Source: a virus. From it: a DNA stretch of 64,000 nucleotides. The position numbers were made by a program, and so were the translations under genes. The stretch spans positions 16,663 to 80,662 of IMG/VR virus record IMGVR_UViG_3300032214_001462. One strand, 5' to 3'. Each line of letters begins with the position of its first letter. Position 1 is the first letter of the stretch. The notes under the pieces are model-generated. The model ran no database searches. It saw nothing but the letters and a program-made list of their open reading frames with translations, and was not told where the DNA came from. This document shows positions 7,361 through 16,934 of this stretch, in pieces.

Positions 7361-7585
7361 ATGGCTGAAGAAAAGAAAGACAAAAAATGGATTCAAGGCA
7401 TGGAGATGAAGGAAGGCGCCTTTACACGTAAGGCAAAACGTAAGGGCATTACCTCTGCTCAGCTTCAGCAGAACGTTCTTGCAAATCCTGACAATTATGA
7501 TGAAAAAACAGTAAAGCAAGCGCAGCTGCGTAAAACTCTTGTAGGGTTAAAAAAGGATAAAGACAAAAAGAAAGCTGAAAGCTGA
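7361..7585 (+). CDS. small basic phage protein (KKWIQ motif)
   Basis: Lys-rich ORF coupled to both neighbours. Confidence 0.65.
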   Translation: MAEEKKDKKWIQGMEMKEGAFTRKAKRKGITSAQLQQNVLANPDNYDEKTVKQAQLRKTLVGLKKDKDKKKAES

Positions 7586-8151
7586 TGGCAAAAGATTATC
7601 GTCTTGACCTTGGCCGTTATATCGATTACACAGCCGATATCTTTGCCAAAAAAAAGAAACTTAATTTTGATGACTTATTTTCATCAAAGCCATCTTCTGG
7701 CACATCTCCATGGATGCCAAGTCGTTTTGAAGGAAATGACCTGGTACGTAAACTGCAGACTCGTAAATTACAGCTAAACCCAGGTCTTAACTTTGTTGGC
7801 GAACAGCCTGAGGAGTATGAAGTATTTGCTGGGCTTGGGCGCTTCAAGCGCCAAGAGGATTACGACTTTCAAACAGGTAGGCCAAATACAAAACTTCGTC
7901 CAGAAGAACAACCTGGCTACACACCTTTGTGGAAAGAAGCTTACGAATTAAGTCCTACCCTAAATCCAGGTCAACGCATTTCCAATCCAATGCCACGTGC
8001 CACAAACCCAGATCCCAAGGGATACTTGATGTCTATGGCTGAAAGAAAAGTGGAGAATGAAATGGAAGGAAATATGTCAGTTGCCCAATTGTTGGAAGAC
8101 AAGAAAACTTCTGACAAAGATAAAGATAAAAAAACAGAAGAGGCTAAATAA
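7585..8151 (+). CDS. hypothetical protein
   Basis: 188-aa ORF. Confidence 0.7.
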   Translation: MAKDYRLDLGRYIDYTADIFAKKKKLNFDDLFSSKPSSGTSPWMPSRFEGNDLVRKLQTRKLQLNPGLNFVGEQPEEYEVFAGLGRFKRQEDYDFQTGRPNTKLRPEEQPGYTPLWKEAYELSPTLNPGQRISNPMPRATNPDPKGYLMSMAERKVENEMEGNMSVAQLLEDKKTSDKDKDKKTEEAK

Positions 8152-8188
8152 AAAAAGCTTAGCGTTTATAATAAAAAGAAAAGATACC

Positions 8189-8755
8189 ATGGCAATCGGC
8201 GGTGGTGCTTTCCAGGGCATCTTAAATTTAATCAAAAAAAATCCTGATGTCATTAAAGAAGCAGGGATGAGCGCTGCTTTGACGACAGGCATTGGTGCGT
8301 TGACTGGAGATATTCCTGGGGCATTGAAATATGGTCTTGCCGACTTTGCTCTTTCTTATCCAGCAACACTTGCTGTTAGAGGTTTACGCCCAAAACCAGC
8401 TACGCGTGTAATGGATGTTAATACAGGAAAGATAGTTGAAAAACCTGGTAGAAGCTCTTTAGAAGTACCTGCGAATATTGGTGCATCCGTCTTATCTGGC
8501 ATTGCGGTTTCTTCTTTAGATTCACCTGCCGTCATGGGGCAACAGCAACAGATGGCGCAACAGATTGAACAACGTTCAATGATGAATCAACTCCCTTTAC
8601 CGGAACAAAATTTATCGCCAGGAACACAGTTTCAAATGACTGGACTTCCTCCTATTGATGGCTTTCAAAACTTATTAAATAAAAGAAATAATTGGACGCA
8701 ATACCTAAGCCCGCAAGATCAAGCTTTAATTCAACAAACTTTAGGAGCGCAATAA
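8189..8755 (+). CDS. putative internal virion protein
   Basis: start MAIGGG after TATAAT; Gly/Ala hydrophobic segments. Confidence 0.6.
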   Translation: MAIGGGAFQGILNLIKKNPDVIKEAGMSAALTTGIGALTGDIPGALKYGLADFALSYPATLAVRGLRPKPATRVMDVNTGKIVEKPGRSSLEVPANIGASVLSGIAVSSLDSPAVMGQQQQMAQQIEQRSMMNQLPLPEQNLSPGTQFQMTGLPPIDGFQNLLNKRNNWTQYLSPQDQALIQQTLGAQ

Positions 8756-8756
8756 A

Positions 8757-9692
8757 ATGGCATTCCAAGATCTTTTAAATAAAGTAAGTAATGTCAAGGA
8801 AAAACTTGCAAGTGGTGCAAGAGCTAGTGCAGAGGCAAGCAAACGCGCTTCTGGCGTCGAATATTATCCAACTGCTTTAAATCTAAAAGGACGTTATTCA
8901 GAAGAACTTCGTTCACTTGGTGTTTCTTTTAAAGAAACCCCTGTAGAAGCGTTAGGTGCTCTTGGCACGCGTATCATGACTGATGTAACCAATGATGGAA
9001 CGCGTGGCATCTACTGGCGCTACAACAGCCCACTTGCAATGCTTGAAACAGGTATACAAAAAGCAATTGGTAAAGAAGCATACAAAGAATTAGGTCCAGC
9101 AAAAACTGGATTGATCGGTGCCGCAATCAGCATCCCAGTAACAGCTGCCGCTGGTGCATACAACATTCTTAATCCACAAGAGCAATTCAGGCCAAAAGGC
9201 TTTGCACAAAGTTATGCAGAGGAAGGTTCAGAAGATCGCAGGGAAACATCTCAACCTGGTCCAGAGTTATTTGAACGCTTTTTCTTAGGTAGGACTGGAA
9301 GACCTCTTAATTACGAAACAGCAAAACAAGATATTCCTTCTTTGACGCCAGAACGCTATGGCAATTATTTAAGAGATTATTATCAAGACAAAGGATTCCT
9401 GGGAATTGTAAAAGGAACAACTGAAAACTTAGAGGGCGTGCCAGAAGTCCGCGTTCTTGGCTATCCGGTTACAATTCCTGCTGTTACCGCAGCAGCGGGT
9501 GGTATCGCTGGCGCAGCAACCGCAATACGTACAGCACCAACTGTTAAAAATTCTTTCAGGCGCGGATTAGCCGGCGCTGCGCTGGGATCTGGAGCGGGTG
9601 TGATTGTTGGTAACTTAGCAAACGCTGTACTTGCATCGAAAGCTACAGAGCAAACATTGCCAACTTCAGCTCAATATGAAATGCTGCAATGA
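8757..9692 (+). CDS. putative internal virion/ejection protein
   Basis: glycine-zipper-like hydrophobic segments. Confidence 0.6.
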   Translation: MAFQDLLNKVSNVKEKLASGARASAEASKRASGVEYYPTALNLKGRYSEELRSLGVSFKETPVEALGALGTRIMTDVTNDGTRGIYWRYNSPLAMLETGIQKAIGKEAYKELGPAKTGLIGAAISIPVTAAAGAYNILNPQEQFRPKGFAQSYAEEGSEDRRETSQPGPELFERFFLGRTGRPLNYETAKQDIPSLTPERYGNYLRDYYQDKGFLGIVKGTTENLEGVPEVRVLGYPVTIPAVTAAAGGIAGAATAIRTAPTVKNSFRRGLAGAALGSGAGVIVGNLANAVLASKATEQTLPTSAQYEMLQ

Positions 9693-9722
9693 TAGAATTT
9701 ATTTAAATAAGGTTATTTATAA

Positions 9723-10634
9723 ATGCAACCTCCTATTCCTGGACTTGAATCTTATTTATCTTCCGGCGCTGGTGGCGGTATGTCCGGAGGAGCAGGCAAT
9801 TACGACCCCAGGATTAGGGAGTTACTTGCCAAAGGCGTAGATCCACGTGTCATTCGTACGCTTGGCACTGAAAATGCAGGACGAACCGTCCAAGGTGCAA
9901 AGGGCACACAAGAGTTTCTTGGTAATTTTGTAAGTGGTTTAGGCGCCCTTCCTGTTGGCCGCTTATCGCTTGTTGGCGGCCTTGTTGGTCCTGCAATGAC
10001 TGCTGTAGAAGAAGCACAGGCTGGACGTCCAACCGGCGCCGTAGGTGCATTAGGCGGCGGTGCCCTTGGCGCAGCTGGCGGCTTAGCTTTGGGACGAGTT
10101 GCCTTAGGTGGTCTTGCAAAAACAGGCGGTTTACCCGGACTTATTGGTAAAGTTGGTCAGGCAGCACTTCCTGCTATCGGTGGCCTTTTAGGCGCTCCTG
10201 TTGGCGCACAGGCAGCTGAATCTTTCCGTCAGAAAGCAACAGGTGAGCCCACAAAAGGAAAAGAAGGTGAGTTCAGTACTCAACTTGCCATGGCAGGGCA
10301 GATCAATGAGCTTGGCGCTACACAATACCGTGATCAGCTTGGCACCTACACAGGAGCAGTGCGTGATCTCCAACGTGATATTTCCAACCAACAGTTTTTA
10401 GATCTCCAGCGCAATATTCCTCTTATCGAGAAGATGAAGAATAATGAGCTGATTCGTCAGCAAGCTCTTCTCAATACCCAAGGTCAGCTGCAAAGCCAGC
10501 TTGGTGTTCTTGCAACAGCAGGTGCCCTGGCCCAAGGTGCACAGGCTGAAACAGGCGCAACGCTGCGTTCTGCTTTAACCTCTGCTCCTTACGCTGGCTC
10601 CGTACTTCAGGCTCCCCAAATTCGCTTCGGGTGA
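9723..10634 (+). CDS. putative ejection protein (glycine zipper plus Gln-rich coil)
   Basis: amino-acid composition. Confidence 0.6.
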   Translation: MQPPIPGLESYLSSGAGGGMSGGAGNYDPRIRELLAKGVDPRVIRTLGTENAGRTVQGAKGTQEFLGNFVSGLGALPVGRLSLVGGLVGPAMTAVEEAQAGRPTGAVGALGGGALGAAGGLALGRVALGGLAKTGGLPGLIGKVGQAALPAIGGLLGAPVGAQAAESFRQKATGEPTKGKEGEFSTQLAMAGQINELGATQYRDQLGTYTGAVRDLQRDISNQQFLDLQRNIPLIEKMKNNELIRQQALLNTQGQLQSQLGVLATAGALAQGAQAETGATLRSALTSAPYAGSVLQAPQIRFG

Positions 10635-10639
10635 TAGCA

Positions 10640-11122
10640 ATGCAAAAGTATAATTTTCCGAATTATTCGGCAGCAGCATTTAAGGGCGGCCCAGTCATGG
10701 GTACCACTCAGCCCATGCAGGCAATGCAGCCAGTACCCCTTGCTGGAAGGTACGGGGAAGTGATGCCAGAAAAGACTAAATCCCAAGAAGTAAAAGAACA
10801 GCTTTCAGAGCTTGGTATTGATACTTCCACTCCAATCGGCAGCGCATTAGCTGTCAATCTTTTCCAACGTGCCCAAGAAAACGATATTGGAAAAGTTAAA
10901 GAGCAAGGCGAGTACTTTAAAGGTTTAATGAATGAGATGGCAGATGCCGCTCAAAAACGTGCGATGGAAGCAAATGTTTTTGCTGGCATCATCAACCTAC
11001 CTAACCAATTCTCTCGTGCAATGGCAGAGAAATATAGGTACTTCCCTGAGACAATGGAAGTGGTAGCGCAAGGCATCCGTCCAGGTACCTCGTTTGCTAA
11101 CCGCCAATACATCAATCTTTAA
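10640..11122 (+). CDS. hypothetical virion-associated protein
   Basis: ORF containing LAGRY. Confidence 0.6.
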   Translation: MQKYNFPNYSAAAFKGGPVMGTTQPMQAMQPVPLAGRYGEVMPEKTKSQEVKEQLSELGIDTSTPIGSALAVNLFQRAQENDIGKVKEQGEYFKGLMNEMADAAQKRAMEANVFAGIINLPNQFSRAMAEKYRYFPETMEVVAQGIRPGTSFANRQYINL

Positions 11123-11134
11123 TAGGTAAACGTC

Positions 11135-11536
11135 ATGTCTTTATTTGGCTTTGATCTTGCTTCTCAAGGAATTAATCTTGCACCTGGTGCAGCAGGCGCA
11201 TTATCTGGCGGTGGAAGCGGCGGTTTTGGCAGCTTCTTTAGCGGTGGTAACGGCCTTGGCTTTTTAACTGCTGCTAATTCGGCATTATCTGGTTTAGCGC
11301 AAGCGAATGCAAACCAATCTGCCGAAAACCAACTTGCTGCTGCAAATGCAGTATTTGATGCAAACTTTGGTAAGGATATATTCTCTTCTAACTTAGATTA
11401 CTTCCGGCAAAAGGAAGCTCCTGCCTGGGCCGCCAAGTTTGCGGTGAATGATCCTTTCTATCGTCAGCAACGTACGATGCAAGGTCTTCCTGAACTTGCG
11501 GGACGTTATGGCCGTTTCGGCGCATTTGTATCGTAA
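11135..11536 (+). CDS. Gly/Ala-rich putative ejection protein
   Basis: composition; contains LAGRY. Confidence 0.6.
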   Translation: MSLFGFDLASQGINLAPGAAGALSGGGSGGFGSFFSGGNGLGFLTAANSALSGLAQANANQSAENQLAAANAVFDANFGKDIFSSNLDYFRQKEAPAWAAKFAVNDPFYRQQRTMQGLPELAGRYGRFGAFVS

Positions 11537-11585
11537 GTTCTCTTCCGCTAAAATAAAAAACAAGAGCAATAATAGGTCGTTTTAG

Positions 11586-12215
11586 ATGGCATTTCCTTTA
11601 GCTGCTGTTGCGGGAGGCCTTGCAACTAGCCTTGGTGGATCCCTGGCAGGATCTCTTTTTGGTGGCGGTGGGACAGAGTTCCAGCCGTCTGAAACGATGC
11701 AAGCCCTAAGTGATTACGGCTTGGGACAACTTAAGGCAAGTAAAGCGCAGAAAAAGAGCCTTAAATCTCAATTTAGAAATCTAATTGAAGAAGGTAATAG
11801 AGGTGGCGCAGAAGCATTTCTATCTTCTTATAGGGATCGCTTTGCTAATCCAAAGTTTATTGATAAAGCATTAGGAAAAAGCTATAAGCAAGATGTTAAT
11901 TACGACACCAGCCAATTCTTTAATGTGGCTGATCGTGTGTTTAATCAAGCAGGCGTAGGCTTCTCTGGTGAAGACTATCAAAACTTTGCAGAACAAGCAA
12001 AGGCCTTTGGTATCCGCAGCCCCCAAGCTTTCCAAGACATGTTAAAGCAAGACTTGATTGCTTCCGGTAAGATCATGACTCCGGAGCAAGAAAGGCTTTC
12101 TTATATGTTTGGCATGCCATCTCGTGATGCATCAGGCATGATTACAAACATGTACAAGCCGTTGCGTCGTATTGATGGCAACGCAATTGCACAAGGCGTA
12201 CCCGGCACCTTTTAA
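11586..12215 (+). CDS. putative ejection protein
   Basis: hydrophobic Gly-rich N-terminus. Confidence 0.6.
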   Translation: MAFPLAAVAGGLATSLGGSLAGSLFGGGGTEFQPSETMQALSDYGLGQLKASKAQKKSLKSQFRNLIEEGNRGGAEAFLSSYRDRFANPKFIDKALGKSYKQDVNYDTSQFFNVADRVFNQAGVGFSGEDYQNFAEQAKAFGIRSPQAFQDMLKQDLIASGKIMTPEQERLSYMFGMPSRDASGMITNMYKPLRRIDGNAIAQGVPGTF

Positions 12216-12246
12216 TATTTAAATAGTATTTAATGAGAGCGTAAAA

Positions 12247-13302
12247 ATGGCTAAAGACAATAAGAAAAATAATCAAGCAGTTAATCCTTTGATTGCCTAC
12301 GCTCAGCAAATGGCTGGCGGCGGTGGCAATAAAGGAGGCGGTGGCGGTGGCGGCAATAAAGGCGGTGGCGGTGGCAATAAGAATAATGGTGGCGGTGGCA
12401 ATAAGAATAATGGTGGCGGTGGCGGTAACAAAGGAGGCGGTGGCGGCAATAAAGGCGGTGGCGGTGGCGGCAATAAAGGAGGTGGAGGAGGCAATAAAAA
12501 CAACGAACAGACAAAAGCAGAGTCACGAGAAAGAATCAAACAGAAAGCTGCAGCTGGTATCTCTTTAGCTCAGATTAAACAAAGTAAAGCAGGACAAAAC
12601 GTTAATCCTGGCAAAGTAAAGGAGCTTTTTAATGCGTTCACTACCATCGAAGGTGGTGGCGGTGGCGGTGGCGGTGGCGGTGGAGGAGGAAACAGAGGCG
12701 GCGGTGGCGGAAACAGAGGTGGTGGCGGCGGTCGCAATAATGGCGGTGGCGGCGGCGGTGGTGGCGGTGGTGGTACCCCTGTTGACACCTCAGGTGGTGG
12801 CGGCGCAACAGGTGGCGGTGGAGCTGCAGGAACTGATTTTGCGACCATCTTTGAAAACTTAAGTACAGCTCAAGAAAACCTTGCTAATATTCAAGGTGGC
12901 TTTAGTGTTCAAGCCGCACAGATTGGCGCTGATGCTACCGTTGCATCTGCTGGTTTAAGAGCTGATGCTGATAAAGAAGTAGCTAAAGCGTACGCTGATG
13001 CTCAGAAGTTTTCCGCTGACCGTGGCCTGGAAGGCACCAAATATGTTGCCGACCGTGAGTCTGAGTGGCGCCAAGCAGTCGCTAACATTGAAGTAAAAGG
13101 TCGCCTGGATCTCCAACCAATCATTAATGCGGGTATCCAACGAGTGGCCGAGATTGAAGGCGCTACTCAGCGTGATGTCGCTGATATCACTGGTAAATTC
13201 AACCTGGCATCTACAAAGGCTCGTACTGATGCGGATGAAAGAATCAGCAAGGTACAGCTTGCCGGTAACTTATATGGCCTGATTAATTCCGTATTTGGAT
13301 AA
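12247..13302 (+). CDS. poly-glycine low-complexity protein with coiled-coil C-terminus
   Basis: GGGG(N/K) repeats at about 12315-12495 and 12652-12825. Confidence 0.7.
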   Translation: MAKDNKKNNQAVNPLIAYAQQMAGGGGNKGGGGGGGNKGGGGGNKNNGGGGNKNNGGGGGNKGGGGGNKGGGGGGNKGGGGGNKNNEQTKAESRERIKQKAAAGISLAQIKQSKAGQNVNPGKVKELFNAFTTIEGGGGGGGGGGGGGNRGGGGGNRGGGGGRNNGGGGGGGGGGGTPVDTSGGGGATGGGGAAGTDFATIFENLSTAQENLANIQGGFSVQAAQIGADATVASAGLRADADKEVAKAYADAQKFSADRGLEGTKYVADRESEWRQAVANIEVKGRLDLQPIINAGIQRVAEIEGATQRDVADITGKFNLASTKARTDADERISKVQLAGNLYGLINSVFG

Positions 13303-13339
13303 TATTGTTTAAAATATAAGGAGACGGATTGATCTAACT

Positions 13340-13519
13340 ATGACTAGTAGCGTACCCACTGGCCAAAGCGGTGCTGATGACTTTTTTGACATCGATAAGT
13401 TTCAGCAGCTTCTCGATCGATTAGAAGGCTCTAAAGGCCGTCAGCGTCGTCAAGAAGGCCTTGAGGGCCGGCGTAATATCTTTACGCAGGGTCTCGCCAG
13501 CATGATGAGCAACTTCTGA
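13340..13519 (+). CDS. 59-aa microprotein, paralog 1 (not in ORF track)
   Basis: MTSSVPTGQSGADDFFDIDKFQQLLDRLEGSKGRQRRQEGLEGRRNIFTQGLASMMSNF. Confidence 0.8.
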   Translation: MTSSVPTGQSGADDFFDIDKFQQLLDRLEGSKGRQRRQEGLEGRRNIFTQGLASMMSNF

Positions 13520-13539
13520 TCTTTTAAAAGGTTTTAACA

Positions 13540-13719
13540 ATGACTAGTAGCGTACCCGCCGGACAAAGCGGCGCAGATGACTTTTTTGATATCAACAAGT
13601 TCCAGCAGCTTCTTGATCGTCTCGAGGGATCAAAAGGTCGTCAGCGTCGTCAAGAAGGTCTTGAGAGCCGCCGTGACATTTTTGCTCAAGGCCTTTCAAG
13701 CATGATGAGCAACTTCTGA
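13540..13719 (+). CDS. 59-aa microprotein, paralog 2 (not in ORF track)
   Basis: near-identical protein with many synonymous changes, 200 bp after paralog 1. Confidence 0.8.
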   Translation: MTSSVPAGQSGADDFFDINKFQQLLDRLEGSKGRQRRQEGLESRRDIFAQGLSSMMSNF

Positions 13720-13743
13720 TTTACTATTGGAGAATAAAAAGCC

Positions 13744-13992
13744 ATGACTAGCAGCGTACCTGCAGGTCAATCTGATCTAGACGATTATTTTGACCTAGAC
13801 AAATACAAACAAGCTGCTGAAGTGGCTTATAGTTTTTCCAAGAAAAAAATCGAAGATGCTGGAACCCAAGAACGTGAAACTATCGGCAAAGGGGCCCAAG
13901 AACAAAGGACCTCTGCCGAGCAAGCACAGCGGTTCCGAGATACAGACGAAGCAAGGGATTCAGCTCAGGCCCAACGAGCGTATCGATATTGA
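13744..13992 (+). CDS. 82-aa paralog 3 (shared N-terminus only)
   Basis: MTSSVPAGQSDLDDYFDLDKYKQ. Confidence 0.75.
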   Translation: MTSSVPAGQSDLDDYFDLDKYKQAAEVAYSFSKKKIEDAGTQERETIGKGAQEQRTSAEQAQRFRDTDEARDSAQAQRAYRY

Positions 13993-14482
13993 GATATTTG
14001 ACCAGTGGGTCGATAACTTAACATCTGCAGAACAAGAAGCATTCAATATTTTTGCCGAAGAAAATTATTCGGTAATTGAGTGCTTCTTATATGCGCGTTT
14101 CCTTGGTTACAACGGAAGTATTATCCCATGTGAACTATGGGTTAAACAGCTGTACCCAAAGCCAGATCATCGCAAAACACTTCTATATGAAGTGGAAGAG
14201 ATGCAAGAAGATATCCGTAAGTTACGTGAAGACGTTGATAACGGTGTTGTAAAAAGAGATGCGGGCGTTGCACGTATTGCCTCTATGCAGAAAGAGCTAC
14301 GTGGAACGATTGCTCAGATAGAACAGGCGACAGCTGGTCGTGATCGCAAAGGCTTGTTAATGGCTGGTGCAGATAGAGCCATACGTGAATTAATGTCTGT
14401 CTTTAAGGATGATCCCATTGAACTCCCCCTTGAAGAAGCGTCAATGAGTGTCTGGGCTAAAATGCAGTTTGAAGAAGGTTAG
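13856..14482 (+). CDS. helical hypothetical protein; small-terminase candidate by position (start uncertain)
   Basis: coiled-coil ORF just upstream of the large terminase. Confidence 0.5.
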   Translation: MLEPKNVKLSAKGPKNKGPLPSKHSGSEIQTKQGIQLRPNERIDIEIFDQWVDNLTSAEQEAFNIFAEENYSVIECFLYARFLGYNGSIIPCELWVKQLYPKPDHRKTLLYEVEEMQEDIRKLREDVDNGVVKRDAGVARIASMQKELRGTIAQIEQATAGRDRKGLLMAGADRAIRELMSVFKDDPIELPLEEASMSVWAKMQFEEG

Positions 14483-14492
14483 TTAATTAAAA

Positions 14493-14846
14493 ATGGATTT
14501 AAATCAACAAGCTATTCCCGCAGGTGATGAGCGTCTCGCTGGTAGCTTGATGAATGTTGTTTTAACATTACAAAAAAACCGTCGACGTGGTATTGATAGT
14601 TCAACGCCAAGTCTTAAAGGATCGCCGCAAGAAGGCGCAGAAGTATTAGGCGCTGTGCGCGATCAAAAACAAAATGAACAAAAAGAAAATGCCACCGGAA
14701 CTCCTGGAGCACTTCCGCAAGAACGAGGCCAAGAGGGAGGACGGCAGCGAGATGTCGGACAAGGAGAAGAGGAAAGCGGCATTGGACAAAGCTCGCAAGT
14801 ACAAGGAGCAGACAAAATGAGGCAATATGGAAGAAAAATGATGTAG
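14493..14846 (+). CDS. hypothetical protein
   Basis: 117-aa ORF whose 3' half is dual-coding. Confidence 0.55.
   Translation: MDLNQQAIPAGDERLAGSLMNVVLTLQKNRRRGIDSSTPSLKGSPQEGAEVLGAVRDQKQNEQKENATGTPGALPQERGQEGGRQRDVGQGEEESGIGQSSQVQGADKMRQYGRKMM
14674..14820 (+). CDS. 48-aa Lys/Glu-rich protein nested in the +1 frame
   Basis: MNKKKMPPELLEHFRKNEAKREDGSEMSDKEKRKAALDKARKYKEQTK. Confidence 0.55.
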   Translation: MNKKKMPPELLEHFRKNEAKREDGSEMSDKEKRKAALDKARKYKEQTK

Positions 14847-14876
14847 CATTCAGTAACTAATTAGATAGTTAATCAA

Positions 14877-16403
14877 GTGCCGTCTTATCAACACCTTGCT
14901 TACCGTCGTAACGCTAGGGCAGCGGCACAAAAACAACAGTTACGTCCCCCCAAGAATGCTGCGAGTATTCAGAAAGCTCGCGATGATTTTGGTTTCTTTT
15001 GTGAGTATGTAGCCGATAAGCCACCTGCTGAACACCATCAACATTGGCATCGCCATTTCATTACAGATCAAGATAGTACTTGCCTCATAAAAATTGCAGG
15101 TCCCAATGTTGACTTGCTTGCTCCACGGGGTTCTGCAAAATCTACAGTCCTTGGACTTTTAACTGCATGGGCAATTGGAGTTCATACACATGCCAGGATG
15201 CCACTGCAGATCCTGTATCTCTCCTATACCGTTGACATTGCTCGATCAAAGTCCGCAACAATTAAAAGGATCATTGAAAGCAAGCGCTATCAAGAAGTTT
15301 TCCCAAAAGTAAGGCTTTTGAAAAATGTCACCAGTAATGAGTACTGGTCCATTGATCACAAGTTTGCTGGTATTGATACTACAGGTGAAGAGCAGTTCAC
15401 CCTTTGCGCTGCTGGTCTAAAAGGATCTGTGACTTCGAAGCGTTCTCATCTTGTCATGATCGATGACGCCATTAAGTCTGCAGCTGATATTGCTAATCCT
15501 GATATCAGGAAGCAGATGCAAGAAAACTGGAATGCAGTGATTGCACCAACAATGTTTGAAGGGGCCAGGGCCATCTGCCTTGGTACGCGCTTTAGACATG
15601 ATGATATTCATGCAACAACTTTTAACGAGCAAAATAATTGGCAGCAGATCGTTCTTTCTGCAATCCTTAATGATCCAAAAACAGGAGATGAAAAATCATA
15701 CTGGCCCGAGATGTGGTCACTTGATTACCTAAAAGAAAAGAAGAGGCAAGCACCTATTGCTTTTTCTTTCCAATATATGAATCAAGTGATTAGGCAAAAT
15801 GAGCTGTCACTTGCACCTGAACTAATTGTTAAAGCTGAAATTGCAACTGAGTTTGACACGCTTGGAATAGGTGTTGACTTGTCTGCTGGCACCAAGGAGA
15901 AGAATGACTATACGGTGATGATTCTTGGCGGACGCATCGGAGATCAGATTCATATTATTGATTACCGACGTATACGCGTCATGGGAAATCTAGAAAAACT
16001 TGATCAATTAAAAGAACTTCTCAATGATTGGTCAATTCTTGGAAAGGATGAAAACGGTCTTTACTACCCAACACACTCAACGTGTGACATTTGGAGTGAA
16101 GCAGTCCAATACCAAGCATCTCTGGAAGCCGACTTTAAGAGAGTGTGTCTTAACGGAGAGGGACTCTGGAATTTGATCTGGCACCCTGTCAAAGGATTCC
16201 GTGCGGATAAGCTTGCACGTTTTCGTGGTTGCATGGGCTTATTTGAAGAAAGAAAAATTATTTTTAATCGTTATCGCAATTTCACAGCCATGTTTGAAGA
16301 GCTGACTAACTTTGGAGTCAGTAGTCATGATGACACGGTGGATGCTTTGGTTTGGTTAATTACAGGTCTAATGAGAAAAGGACAGCTTCACATTGATTAC
16401 TAA
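14877..16403 (+). CDS. terL: terminase large subunit
   Basis: Walker A APRGSAKS, Walker B VMIDD, motif III GTR, nuclease GVDLS...DYT...HDDTVDA. Confidence 0.92.
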   Translation: MPSYQHLAYRRNARAAAQKQQLRPPKNAASIQKARDDFGFFCEYVADKPPAEHHQHWHRHFITDQDSTCLIKIAGPNVDLLAPRGSAKSTVLGLLTAWAIGVHTHARMPLQILYLSYTVDIARSKSATIKRIIESKRYQEVFPKVRLLKNVTSNEYWSIDHKFAGIDTTGEEQFTLCAAGLKGSVTSKRSHLVMIDDAIKSAADIANPDIRKQMQENWNAVIAPTMFEGARAICLGTRFRHDDIHATTFNEQNNWQQIVLSAILNDPKTGDEKSYWPEMWSLDYLKEKKRQAPIAFSFQYMNQVIRQNELSLAPELIVKAEIATEFDTLGIGVDLSAGTKEKNDYTVMILGGRIGDQIHIIDYRRIRVMGNLEKLDQLKELLNDWSILGKDENGLYYPTHSTCDIWSEAVQYQASLEADFKRVCLNGEGLWNLIWHPVKGFRADKLARFRGCMGLFEERKIIFNRYRNFTAMFEELTNFGVSSHDDTVDALVWLITGLMRKGQLHIDY

Positions 16404-16434
16404 CTTTTAGAATTAGGAAAAGCATTTTTTTCTG

Positions 16435-16731
16435 GTGGGACCTGAATACGTTGCCATTGGCTTAACAGCTATTATTTCATCTATTACCGGCGGCGGTTGG
16501 GCCGCCTCAAAAATACTTAGCCGCTACAACGATCAAGTACAACAAGCCTTCAGCTATATTGGATCACAGAAACGAAGGATTGATGTTTTGGAAGAAGATC
16601 TTAAGCGCCTCCCAATGGACTATGTACTTAAGGTTGATTTCTTAAGAGAAATTCAAGACATGCACAATAATTTTCGTGAGATCAACAATAAACTTGATAA
16701 ACTAATCGAAAAGATGTTATCAAGCAAATGA
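16435..16731 (+). CDS. membrane-anchored coiled-coil protein
   Basis: N-terminal TM segment then YVLKVDF...INNKLDKL coil. Confidence 0.65.
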   Translation: MGPEYVAIGLTAIISSITGGGWAASKILSRYNDQVQQAFSYIGSQKRRIDVLEEDLKRLPMDYVLKVDFLREIQDMHNNFREINNKLDKLIEKMLSSK

Positions 16732-16910
16732 GTTACGTTCTCGAAGTCCAAGAAGATACGAACGGAGATCAGTACATTATTTTGCCAGACGAGATAACCG
16801 AAGATCTTGGTTGGCAAGAAGGTGACCTATTGAACTGGGATGTTCGAAGCAATGGAATTATCCTGAGTAAAGTTAACGACATCTCTGGTTACGAAGTTAT
16901 AGAAGATTAG
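16728..16910 (+). CDS. AbrB/MazE-like DNA-binding protein
   Basis: YIILPDEITEDLGWQEGDLL. Confidence 0.7.
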   Translation: MSYVLEVQEDTNGDQYIILPDEITEDLGWQEGDLLNWDVRSNGIILSKVNDISGYEVIED

Positions 16911-16934
16911 AATAAACAAATTGAAGTAAGTGAA

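Noticed and set aside
12281-12862. Poly-Pro, His/Arg and Val/Ala ORFs
   Set aside because: Alternative-frame shadows of the GGY repeats in the Gly-rich gene
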